From positions 5,949 through 69,948 of the forward strand of contig CAYMJR010000001.1 of NCBI GenBank assembly GCA_964391315.1: a stretch of 64,000 nucleotides of DNA. The letters run 5' to 3'. A program made the position numbers and the translations under genes. Position 1 is the stretch's first letter, and every line of letters starts with the position of its first letter. Origin of the DNA: an uncultured Gammaproteobacteria bacterium. GTDB lineage: Bacteria; Patescibacteriota; Microgenomatia; Levybacterales; UBA12049. Below are positions 54,433 through 62,864 of this stretch, piece by piece. The notes under the pieces are model-generated. The model did not search any database, was not told the origin of the DNA, and saw only the letters and a program-made list of their open reading frames with translations.

Positions 54433-54497
54433 AGTATTCTTTCTATTTGGATACTACCATAAAAGCAGAATAAAATGAAAAATGATGAGGATCAGAA

Positions 54498-56066
54498 TTA
54501 CTTTCTCTGTTTATTACTTCTTACCAATCTTCCAATCTCTTGCAGTTGATACGAAGATAATGTTTCTGTCCCTCTTTTCGGAGATTGAATGAGCAATGTC
54601 CTCAGTTTCCTCAGATCATCATATGTTAAACGTGTCTGCAAATAAAGGATAATATTCCTTATCTTCTTTCTTTGCCGATATACTTCCCATCCTACCATGC
54701 CATTAATGACAGCTTCCTCAGCCTTACGTGATTTTTGTCCATCAACAGCATGCGTGCCTGTACGATAATGACGTAATGGATCAAACGGTTCATACTTTTC
54801 TGCGTTTGGCAAAGTATGTTGAATATTAGGATTGTTTGCCAGAAATCGTGACTTTGCTATTCCCCAAAGATACCAACTTTGACTCCTACTACGTTTATCT
54901 CTTTTAAGTCCAAGGTCCCTCATTACATTTTCCAAAGTCTGTATTGCATGGGCGGCTTTTCCTAACACAAACTCGCGCCCGTACTCTTTCATCATCGCAT
55001 GCAATTCTCGTGCGTAATTATTGACAACCTCTGAACTTATCAATAGATTTGCCTGTCTATCACGGTTTCTTCTAAAAACGTCATTGTATAAAAGTTTTAC
55101 TGCCGCATCTATTTCGCCGCGTGTTATAAGGTGGTATGCTTGAAGTTCTTTTTCAGTTGGTGCAGGATATACTTGAGTAGGTTCTTTTTTCTCTTGTTTC
55201 TTTTCTTCAGGTGTAGTAGTAGTTTTGGTGGGTGGTATATTTTGTGGTTCTGCTTTGCGACCTGCCATTTCCGTAGGCCCAGTCGTTTGTTTAACAACAG
55301 GTGGAGGTTGTGCCTCGGGTGGCGATTCTGCAGAAGGTTCAGCTCTTTTTTGAGCAGCTCCTTCCTCTCCTTCTCCTGGCTCTTGTTTCTGTACTTCTTC
55401 GCTGCTATCTTTTTGAATTTTGTGAAGCAAAGGATGAGTAATTACTTCAATAGTATTTATTTTTTCTCTCGCTTTCCTGATAAATGCATCACTATCTGTT
55501 TTTACATTCTTCACGCCATGGATCAGATGCTCAATTACTTCACTACTTTCATACCCAAATGCATTCCCTAATTGTCTAATAATGTCTTGATTGTTGAGTA
55601 TCTGTTCATGACTTGCTTGGGTTTCAACCTCGCCAACAAATTTAATAATATCGGATTTTTTGTTTAAATACTCTTCATAAAAATCATCTGCAGTCACTGT
55701 GTCAGTAATACCTAGTGTATCCAAAAATGCTTTTCTTTCATTATGTTCTGTATCATTTCGTATTCCATCTAAATAGGTGTTAAATCCATCTCGCCACTGT
55801 GCATAGGTTAGCCCTTTTTCTTGTTGGTAGCGGCTCCGTTGGGTAAGTGATGCCTTTTGGTAGATATTTCCCGCTCGATCATTGATTCCTAAAGCACCAT
55901 TTTCTTGAATAGAATCAAACTGTTTTTTTTTGATTTTCACCTGAGGATTGGAAAGATCTCCTAACAAAAATCGTGCTTGTAATCCAACATTTGCTGCTCC
56001 CAATAATTCTGTGGGCTTTGCACTTTCCTTCTTTATAGGTGACGGTTGTAGTTCTTTAGGATGCAT
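54498..56066 (-). CDS. large orphan protein (522 aa) with central Pro/Glu/Lys/Thr-rich linker
   Basis: Uninterrupted ORF. Helical N-terminal and C-terminal parts are separated by EPGEGEEGAAQKRAEPSAESPPEAQPPPVVKQ...TTTTPEEKKQEKKEP. Basic C-terminus. No family recognised. Confidence 0.6.
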   Translation of the reverse strand: MHPKELQPSPIKKESAKPTELLGAANVGLQARFLLGDLSNPQVKIKKKQFDSIQENGALGINDRAGNIYQKASLTQRSRYQQEKGLTYAQWRDGFNTYLDGIRNDTEHNERKAFLDTLGITDTVTADDFYEEYLNKKSDIIKFVGEVETQASHEQILNNQDIIRQLGNAFGYESSEVIEHLIHGVKNVKTDSDAFIRKAREKINTIEVITHPLLHKIQKDSSEEVQKQEPGEGEEGAAQKRAEPSAESPPEAQPPPVVKQTTGPTEMAGRKAEPQNIPPTKTTTTPEEKKQEKKEPTQVYPAPTEKELQAYHLITRGEIDAAVKLLYNDVFRRNRDRQANLLISSEVVNNYARELHAMMKEYGREFVLGKAAHAIQTLENVMRDLGLKRDKRSRSQSWYLWGIAKSRFLANNPNIQHTLPNAEKYEPFDPLRHYRTGTHAVDGQKSRKAEEAVINGMVGWEVYRQRKKIRNIILYLQTRLTYDDLRKLRTLLIQSPKRGTETLSSYQLQEIGRLVRSNKQRK

Positions 56067-56128
56067 ACTTTATTAACAAATTTCACGAGAGCAAGAGTCG
56101 CAACCCTTGCCCTCGTGTAATTCGTGCA

Positions 56129-56440
56129 TCACGAGCGTGAACGCGAACCACCTCTACTTCCAGCTATCCTTGCTTCTTCACTGGTAAACTCATGCGCTGT
56201 TCCTCTTTGATGAGCTATTCTACCTCCTTTACTTCTTTCTTCATCAGTAAGCTTATGCGCTTGTCCACTCTGCTGAGCTGCGCGACCACCTTTAGAACCG
56301 ATGTCTTGATGGAAATCTTCACCGTATCGTTCTTCAGCAGTCTGTGCCGCTTTTTGACCAGCCACTTTATGACCTGCCACATCACCATGCCACCCTGCTC
56401 CGGGCTTCTTTTTACCCGCACCTCCTCTGTTATTTGCCAT
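56129..56440 (-). CDS. KGG-repeat general stress protein (YciG/GsiB-like)
   Basis: Repeats GSKGGRAAQQSGQAHKLT, RSKGGRIAHQRGTAHEFT and GSRGGSRS. Strong SD GAGGAGGTGA 6 nt upstream. Confidence 0.8.
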   Translation of the reverse strand: MANNRGGAGKKKPGAGWHGDVAGHKVAGQKAAQTAEERYGEDFHQDIGSKGGRAAQQSGQAHKLTDEERSKGGRIAHQRGTAHEFTSEEARIAGSRGGSRSRS

Positions 56441-56544
56441 TGTGTTTCACCTCCTCTGTCATTTGGAAATGTTTACTGTACGCGTTTTTTTTAAATGCGT
56501 CATGAGAGTTACATAAGAAGGCTGTAAGGTGTCCGAATAGGATC

Positions 56545-56892
56545 TTAGTATCCAAATGTTCGAGAGGAACCAAGTTGCGTATACATACTGTAAAACTGCT
56601 GAATAAAGATGGCATATGCATACAATGAAAATGCAATGGAGCCGATAACAAGACACAAGATAACAACACCAACTATCCGCGTTTTTTTATTTTGTTGTCT
56701 GATATATCGAATTGCAAACGGTAACGCCGCTGGTGGCAAAAAAATACTTACGAGATAAAGAACTATTTGTCTACCAACTGAAATAGTGATTGGCTTGATT
56801 CGTACTTGTTTACCGCAATTGGGACAAAAATAAAAATCCGAAAGGAGAGGAAGCTGACAATTTGGGCAAGGAGTAAGATGCTGTTCCGGCAT
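56545..56892 (-). CDS. zinc-ribbon membrane protein
   Basis: N-terminal CPNCQLPLLSDFYFCPNCG followed by two or three TM helices. Begins 4 nt after the msrB stop. Confidence 0.6.
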   Translation of the reverse strand: MPEQHLTPCPNCQLPLLSDFYFCPNCGKQVRIKPITISVGRQIVLYLVSIFLPPAALPFAIRYIRQQNKKTRIVGVVILCLVIGSIAFSLYAYAIFIQQFYSMYTQLGSSRTFGY

Positions 56893-56896
56893 ATTA

Positions 56897-57295
56897 TTAA
56901 TTGGGTTTGAAACTCAAAGAGCAACCATTGATGCAATACCTCTCTCCTGTTGTTTCCTTTGGTCCATCATTAAAAACATGTCCAAGATGTGAACCACAAT
57001 TTTTACAATTCACTTCAATCCTATGCATACCATAACTATTATCTTCCTCAAGATCAACATGCTCACGATTCATCGGTTGATCAAAACTTGGCCATCCAGT
57101 GCCACTATCAAATTTGGCATCACTGGAAAACAATTCGTAACCACACGCAGCACAAACATATTTTCCCTTATCATGATTTTGATATAACGTACTAGTAAAT
57201 GCTGGCTCCGTCCCCTTCTCTCGCAATATATGATATTGTTCTGGGCTTAGTCGTTTTTTCCACTCGTCCTCTGAAAGATGTTTCCAATCTGTCAT
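56897..57295 (-). CDS. msrB: peptide-methionine (R)-S-oxide reductase MsrB, cytoplasmic zinc-binding form
   Basis: Two CxxC pairs (CAACG and CKNCG). [11 protein letters not shown]. Catalytic RYCINGCSL. Confidence 0.9.
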   Translation of the reverse strand: MTDWKHLSEDEWKKRLSPEQYHILREKGTEPAFTSTLYQNHDKGKYVCAACGYELFSSDAKFDSGTGWPSFDQPMNREHVDLEEDNSYGMHRIEVNCKNCGSHLGHVFNDGPKETTGERYCINGCSLSFKPN

Positions 57296-57301
57296 GAAAT
57301 C

Positions 57302-57307
57302 AGTATA
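57302..57307 (-). promoter_or_regulatory. -10 box TATACT, 6 nt before ATG 57295
   Basis: Minus strand reads gatttatact gatttc ATG. Confidence 0.45.
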
Positions 57308-57452
57308 AATCGAAAACGTCTTTTTATCAACCAGAACTACTTTAAACTAGCTATAAATGTTCTTGACAAAGTTATTGATCTAGAGTACTATCTCAGCTAT
57401 AAGGATAAATTATTAGAAACTAAATTGTTTGTTTCAGCTAGTAACACAATGT

Positions 57453-57494
57453 CCATGAGAATACTATTAATACTCTCGTGGCTTTCTTATTTTT
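57453..57494 (+). terminator. terminator-like hairpin plus T-tract inside the leader of the permease gene (possible attenuator)
   Basis: CCATGAGA...TCTCGTGG stem (8 bp including one G-U, plus 2 more bp), then CTTTCTTATTTTT. Ends 10 nt before ATG 57504. The candidate promoter TTGACA-17-TACTAT lies upstream at 57363..57391. Confidence 0.35.
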
Positions 57495-57503
57495 AGAACG
57501 AAT

Positions 57504-59249
57504 ATGGCTAAAAATGCACATCCAGTTAAAAAACTAAATCAGTTCTTTGCTACAGCTATTTGTGGCAACGATATTTTAAGTTCCACATTTTACGTATCTG
57601 GTATCTCAATTCTTTATGTTGGTATTTATGCCCCACTTGTACTTGCAATAATTGTTTTGGTACTTTTTTTCTATAAAAGTGTTTATACTGAAGTTGTTGA
57701 AGCTCTTCCTGTTAATGGTGGTGCATATAATTGTCTCCTAAATGCATCATCCAAGACAATTGCTGCCTTTGCGGGTACTATGACAATTCTTTCCTATATC
57801 GCAACGGCAGTTCTTTCTGCCAAAACGGCAATTGAATATCTTTCATCTGTTGTAACTCTTCCTGTTATTCCAATTACCATCGGGCTTCTTCTCGTTTTTG
57901 CCATCCTTGTTATTTCCGGGATTAAAGATAGTGCAAAAGTTGCTTTTACTATTTTTGCCGCACATATTGTTGTATTAACAGTCTTTTTACTGATGGGGAT
58001 TCTCTATGCGTTCCATGGTCACTCATATCTTTTAGCAAATCTGCAAAGCACCAAAGAAATTGCCCTAAAAAGCGGCGGATTGCTGACAGCTTTATTCTTC
58101 GGTTTTTCTGCATCACTTTTAGGTGTTTCAGGGTTTGAGTCTTCTGCAAATTTTGTCGAAGAACAGGATCATGGAGTTTTTCGCAAAACTTTAAGAAATA
58201 TGCTTGTTGGTGTCGCAATTTTTAATCCACTGATTGCGCTTATTGTATTGAATGTGATGCCATATGCTGGCATTGTCCATTCTGCTGACTTTCTCTTGTC
58301 AGATGCCGCACAGATTATGGGTGGTGCACTTCTTAAAAACATTGTTGTCCTGGATGCATTTCTGGTACTCGCCGGAGCAGTTCTCACTGGATACGTTGGT
58401 GTCTCAGGACTTATCTATCGTATGACAACTGATGGATGTTTTCCCAATATCCTTGCCAAACTCAACAAAAAAGGATCTGCTCCTTATATTATTACTACCT
58501 TTTTCCTTCTTTGTGCATCAATTCTTATTATTACAAAAGGTAATCTCCTTTCACTTGCTGGAGTCTACACAATTGCATTCCTTGGCGTTATGAGTCTTTT
58601 TGCGTTTGGTAATCTTCTTATGCGGGAAACACGACCAACACTCAAAAGAACATATCATGCACCTACTCTCTATGTGCTTTTAGCATTTATCGCAACAGCT
58701 GCCGGTGTTGTAGGCAATATCCGTCTTGATCCACTTAACTTTGACTACTTTTTATATTACTTTATCCCAACACTTGCTTTAGTATATTTATCACTCAAAC
58801 TAGATATGGTATACATCTCATTGCTTCGTATTTCGAGACATATTCGAACAATTAATCAATGGCTCCAACGACACTTTGAAGACATTATCGGAGGAAAATA
58901 TGTCGTTTTTGTGCACCACATTGAAAGATTGTATGATGTTTTAGAATATATCAACCGTAACGAGATAGGAAGAAATATTTATATAGTCCATTGCAATAAC
59001 AATGACAAAAAACAATACGAGAAGAGCTATAAACTACTGAAAGATACCTTACCTCATCTACAAAAGGCAGGAGTCTTTGATCATTTTAATTTGTATCCAA
59101 TCTATCGAAATGAACCATTTGGCCCAGAAGTCATTAATAAGGTAGCAAAAGAATTGAATGTTAGAAAAAATAGGATCTTGATTGGCTCAATTCATCGAAC
59201 ACATCCTTTTGATTACGAAAGCCTCGGGAACGTACGAATTATTTTCTAA
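57504..59249 (+). CDS. APC-superfamily amino acid/polyamine permease with C-terminal cytoplasmic domain
   Basis: About 12 TM helices over aa 1-430 (GNDILSSTFYVSG, PVNGGAYNCLLN). Then a soluble domain of about 150 aa of unknown function. Confidence 0.8.
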   Translation: MAKNAHPVKKLNQFFATAICGNDILSSTFYVSGISILYVGIYAPLVLAIIVLVLFFYKSVYTEVVEALPVNGGAYNCLLNASSKTIAAFAGTMTILSYIATAVLSAKTAIEYLSSVVTLPVIPITIGLLLVFAILVISGIKDSAKVAFTIFAAHIVVLTVFLLMGILYAFHGHSYLLANLQSTKEIALKSGGLLTALFFGFSASLLGVSGFESSANFVEEQDHGVFRKTLRNMLVGVAIFNPLIALIVLNVMPYAGIVHSADFLLSDAAQIMGGALLKNIVVLDAFLVLAGAVLTGYVGVSGLIYRMTTDGCFPNILAKLNKKGSAPYIITTFFLLCASILIITKGNLLSLAGVYTIAFLGVMSLFAFGNLLMRETRPTLKRTYHAPTLYVLLAFIATAAGVVGNIRLDPLNFDYFLYYFIPTLALVYLSLKLDMVYISLLRISRHIRTINQWLQRHFEDIIGGKYVVFVHHIERLYDVLEYINRNEIGRNIYIVHCNNNDKKQYEKSYKLLKDTLPHLQKAGVFDHFNLYPIYRNEPFGPEVINKVAKELNVRKNRILIGSIHRTHPFDYESLGNVRIIF

Positions 59250-59255
59250 GGAGTA

Positions 59256-59264
59256 TGCTACAAT
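59256..59264 (+). promoter_or_regulatory. extended -10 box TGcTACAAT, 6 nt before ATG 59271
   Basis: Read directly: atgctacaat ctaatt ATG. Supports 59271 over the internal ATG 59346 as the PBP start. Confidence 0.45.
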
Positions 59265-59270
59265 CTAATT

Positions 59271-61604
59271 ATGAACCTTCGTGCCCAGGTCATAGCACTT
59301 CGTGCGTTTTTTTCTAAAGAAACGATAGTCCTCCGGCTTCATTCGATGAAAAAACTTCTCGCTTGGAAATTTTGGTGGGACGGGATGAAAAAACACCGCC
59401 GTAAAATATTTTTCTTCATCGGTCTTTTCTTTATCATTCTGCTTGCAATTCCAATTGTCACCTATGCATATTTTGCAGGGGATCTCAAAGACAAAAATAG
59501 CTTTACCAATCATAATAATACTGGACTGACACTCCTTGATGATCAAGGCAAACCCTTTTTCACGTTTTACCATGCTAAGCAAGTAACCTATGTGCCACTT
59601 TCACAAATCCCAACATCAATACAAAATGCTGCTATCGCGTCTGAAGACCGCGATTTTTATACTAACCCAGGGTTTTCTTTCAATGGGATTATACGAGCAT
59701 TTATCACTAATTTTTTTGCGGGAAGAATTGTTGAGGGTGGATCAACAATCAGTCAGGAATTAGTTAAGAATGCGCTTCTCAATTCTAATCGCAATATCTT
59801 ACGAAAATATCAGGAACTGGTGTTGGCAACAGAACTGAACCGGCGATTTAGTAAACAAGATATTTTGGAAATGTATCTTAACTCAGTATATTTTGGTGAA
59901 GGCTCATTTGGGGTTGAAAATGCAGCCCAAACATATTTTGGTGAACATGCAAAAGACCTCACTCTTGCACAATCAGCAATTCTTATCGGTATTCTTCCTG
60001 CTCCTTCTGCATATTCACCGCTTTCAAATAATCCACAAATTGCCAAAAACAAACAACATCAAGTCCTTTCAGATATGGTTACAGAAAAATTTATCACAAA
60101 ACAACAGGAAGATCAGGCACTCTCTGAAAAACTTGTCTATCAATCGCTTGACCAAAACCAAAATCAAAATGTGCTTGCTCCACATTTTGCTATTTACGTC
60201 AAAGATCAACTAGTACAAAAATATGGTGAAGAACGAATCATTAATGACGGATTTCAGGTAAAAACAACTCTTAATAGTAAATGGCAGGTATATGCTGAAC
60301 AAGTTGTAAAAAATCAAGTTTCCTATTTACAAAGAAACAATGCAAGTAACGGTGCTGTCGTTGTCATTGACCCAACAACAGGTGCAATAAAAGTAATGGT
60401 CGGCAGTCATGACTGGAATGATGAGAAAAACGGCAAAATAAATATGGCAATCCATCCTCGCCAACCAGGATCGAGTTTTAAACCATTTATTTATTCCGAC
60501 GCAATTGAAAAACATCTGATAACACCCGCTACTCTTTTAAAAGATAATCCAATTGCCTATGGTGATTACAAACCGTTTGATTACGACAGAAGATTTCGGG
60601 GTGATGTAACAGTCAGAAGAGCGCTCTCAAATTCGCTCAATATTCCTGCAGTGCAGGTTATGAATATGCTTGGTGTTCCTGAAGGTCTCACTATAGCCAA
60701 AAAATTTGGTATTACCTCCTTAGGAGATGATGCATCAAAATATGGGTTGTCGCTTGTTCTTGGAGCTGGTGAAGTGTCGCTGCTTGAAATGACGGATGGC
60801 TATGCTGTTTTTGCTGATCAAGGAGTCTATCACACACCTTACTCAATTATCGATATCAAAGATAAATATGGCAATGAAGTAAATGCCAACCCACAAAACT
60901 TCTTCTCTCAATTGTTAAGTCTCTTTAATATTTCTTCAATCATTCCTTCACCAAATCAACGTGAAGAAAGGATTGTTATTGGCGAAGATACAGCATTTCT
61001 TATCTCTTCAATCCTTTCAGACAACAATGCCCGAGCTGAAGAATTTGGTAATGCTCTTACCATTTTCCGACCAGCAGCAGTTAAAACAGGAACAACCAAT
61101 GATTTTAAAGATGCACTCACCATTGGGTATACACCAGGACTCGTTGTAGGAGTGTGGGTCGGAAACAATGATAATACACCGATGGATAATATCGCCGGCT
61201 CATTAGGAGCAGCACCAATCTGGAGGCTTTTGATGCAAGATTTTCTCGCCGGTACTCCTCTACAACCGTTTATCAAGCCAGCATCTGTAGTAAAAATTTT
61301 CCCGTGCACTTCACCTTCTCCATCAAATGCTCCAACAGGAACACCAATTGCATCTATTTCAGGAGTTGAATATTTTATTCAGGGTACAGAACCTCCAGCA
61401 TGTCCAACACCAACAACAAGTCCAACAACAAGTCCAACAACAAGTCCAACAACAAATCCGACAACATCTCCAACACAATCACCTACTAATGCGCCTTCCG
61501 CAACACCGACTGACTCTCCAACACCTACACAATCTGTTCCTCCAACACCTACGCCAACAAGTATCCTTCCGACACTACCACTTAGTCCTACCCCAACCCC
61601 GTAA
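59271..61604 (+). CDS. class A penicillin-binding protein (PBP1A: GT51 transglycosylase plus transpeptidase) with PT-rich C-terminal tail
   Basis: GT51 motifs ASEDRDFYTNPG, GGSTISQEL and RKYQELVLATELN. Transpeptidase motifs SSFKPFIY (SxxK), SNS and KTGTT. Tail PTTSPTTSPTTSPTTNPTTSP...PTPTP. Confidence 0.9.
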   Translation: MNLRAQVIALRAFFSKETIVLRLHSMKKLLAWKFWWDGMKKHRRKIFFFIGLFFIILLAIPIVTYAYFAGDLKDKNSFTNHNNTGLTLLDDQGKPFFTFYHAKQVTYVPLSQIPTSIQNAAIASEDRDFYTNPGFSFNGIIRAFITNFFAGRIVEGGSTISQELVKNALLNSNRNILRKYQELVLATELNRRFSKQDILEMYLNSVYFGEGSFGVENAAQTYFGEHAKDLTLAQSAILIGILPAPSAYSPLSNNPQIAKNKQHQVLSDMVTEKFITKQQEDQALSEKLVYQSLDQNQNQNVLAPHFAIYVKDQLVQKYGEERIINDGFQVKTTLNSKWQVYAEQVVKNQVSYLQRNNASNGAVVVIDPTTGAIKVMVGSHDWNDEKNGKINMAIHPRQPGSSFKPFIYSDAIEKHLITPATLLKDNPIAYGDYKPFDYDRRFRGDVTVRRALSNSLNIPAVQVMNMLGVPEGLTIAKKFGITSLGDDASKYGLSLVLGAGEVSLLEMTDGYAVFADQGVYHTPYSIIDIKDKYGNEVNANPQNFFSQLLSLFNISSIIPSPNQREERIVIGEDTAFLISSILSDNNARAEEFGNALTIFRPAAVKTGTTNDFKDALTIGYTPGLVVGVWVGNNDNTPMDNIAGSLGAAPIWRLLMQDFLAGTPLQPFIKPASVVKIFPCTSPSPSNAPTGTPIASISGVEYFIQGTEPPACPTPTTSPTTSPTTSPTTNPTTSPTQSPTNAPSATPTDSPTPTQSVPPTPTPTSILPTLPLSPTPTP
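61410..61469 (+). repeat. 12-nt tandem repeat (CCAACAACAAGT x3 perfect, plus 2 degenerate) encoding PTTS units
   Basis: Read directly at 61410..61445, with degenerate copies running to 61469. Confidence 0.85.
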
Positions 61605-61633
61605 TTTTGTAAGAAAAAATTTTGTCTTTCCAC

Positions 61634-62233
61634 ATGGATTTTGTTACCTTTTCACCTACTATGAGCAAATCAGAACTGTATATTCCCAGACGTCGTCGGC
61701 CAGTTCATGATCTGCTGTCTAGAGGACAAGAAGATCGCGACAAACATCCTATCGTTGCATATCTTGAACAGGATAGCAGATGGCATGATTTATCTCGCTC
61801 TCCTCATTCCCGCTATCTTCAATTTCGTGTGCTTGATACTGCAATGCAAATTCATCTTATGTCGAAAGATCAAGTTGATGCTAAAATAACTGAACTTGAT
61901 AACGAAATTCTTTTTAGTCCTTATCTAAATACTCTCAGCCAAAAACGAGGAACATTACGGGAACAACATGAGGAAATGGTTGAAATTTCTACAATTATGT
62001 TAGACGATGCTCACCTGTTAGAAGGTTTAGGTATACCTCCAGAAGGGTCCTATCTCATTCCCTATCTTTTCACGCAAATTCATCTCGCTGAAAGAGCTCT
62101 GGGAAGAAAAATAGAAAAAGATAGAGAAATTGCCTGGACTACAGAAAAAGGATTTGCAGATCCAGCAGTAGACGTAGCAATCGAGCTCTGTATGGCAGCA
62201 GTTCGCGATATTCCTTCGACAGATATCTACTGA
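61634..62233 (+). CDS. orphan hydrophilic protein; start uncertain
   Basis: The track ORF starts at TTG 61622. ATGs at 61634 and 61661 (MSKSELYIPRRRRPVHD...). Arg-rich N-terminus, helical remainder. No family recognised. Confidence 0.5.
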   Translation: MDFVTFSPTMSKSELYIPRRRRPVHDLLSRGQEDRDKHPIVAYLEQDSRWHDLSRSPHSRYLQFRVLDTAMQIHLMSKDQVDAKITELDNEILFSPYLNTLSQKRGTLREQHEEMVEISTIMLDDAHLLEGLGIPPEGSYLIPYLFTQIHLAERALGRKIEKDREIAWTTEKGFADPAVDVAIELCMAAVRDIPSTDIY

Positions 62234-62309
62234 AGTTAGAAAACGGCTGATCAGCTTGACATTCCCCAGCAAAATCGGTAAGGTATTGGTAATAAATCTG
62301 TAAGTATCT

Positions 62310-62843
62310 ATGCACACCTTATCCCTGCCTATCAATTTTTCTGAGTATCATATCGAGAGATTGTTCTCACTGCATGTCATGCAAAAGACACGTTCGACGA
62401 AAATTGTCATGCAAACACATCACAAATATGTAAATACGGGATATATCCCATCTGTCGAAAAACTTTTGCGTAAATACCTGCCTACAGTACTTTTGACTGA
62501 ATGTGACAACGATGAGCGTTTGCCTTTTGCTCTCGAGGTAAAAAGTACTGAAATTGGACATCTTTTTGAGCATATTCTACTCGAGTACCTTTGCCAATTA
62601 AAAATTGCAAAAGGTTCTGAAAGTGCTATTTTCTCAGGGAGAACAAGCTGGAACTGGATCAGAGATCCTCGAGGAAAGTTTCATATCCGTGTATCTTTAG
62701 GAAGAAATGATGCAGATATTTTACCTGAAGCATTGGAAAAAACAATCAGCCTTATGAAAATGATTTTCAAAACAACCGAACCGAGACTGTTATCCATACA
62801 TAAACACGTAACCACGAGTGGTCTCAAAAATGGTAAGGCTTAA
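62310..62843 (+). CDS. orphan protein (177 aa) containing an HxxEH motif
   Basis: ALEVKSTEIGHLFEHILLEYL resembles the inverted-zincin (M16-like) GxxHFLEH context, but the protein is far shorter than M16 peptidases. No other motif recognised. Confidence 0.5.
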   Translation: MHTLSLPINFSEYHIERLFSLHVMQKTRSTKIVMQTHHKYVNTGYIPSVEKLLRKYLPTVLLTECDNDERLPFALEVKSTEIGHLFEHILLEYLCQLKIAKGSESAIFSGRTSWNWIRDPRGKFHIRVSLGRNDADILPEALEKTISLMKMIFKTTEPRLLSIHKHVTTSGLKNGKA

Positions 62844-62864
62844 GGCTCCACGAACAAAAACTCG

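Noticed and set aside
54139-54497. Considered RNase P RNA, tmRNA, SRP RNA or 6S RNA for the GC-rich spacer.
   Set aside because: It lacks GGAAAGTCC and ACAGAA..GGCTTA (RNase P). It has no tRNA-like 3' end with CCA and no tag ORF (tmRNA). AAGCAGCAGCC lacks the flanking helix-8 tetraloop context (SRP). The ends do not pair as in 6S. It is kept only as an unclassified candidate.
56090-56123. Hairpin CACGAGAGCAAG...CTTGCCCTCGTG downstream of the KGG-protein gene as a terminator.
   Set aside because: The stem is good (12 bp with one mismatch), but on the minus strand it is followed by AAATTTGTT rather than a U-tract. It was left uncalled as a feature.
61327-61710. Gln-rich 127-aa ORF, and the antisense Gly/Val-rich ORF 61379..61633.
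   Set aside because: These are frame and antisense shadows of the PT-rich repeat tail of PBP1A.
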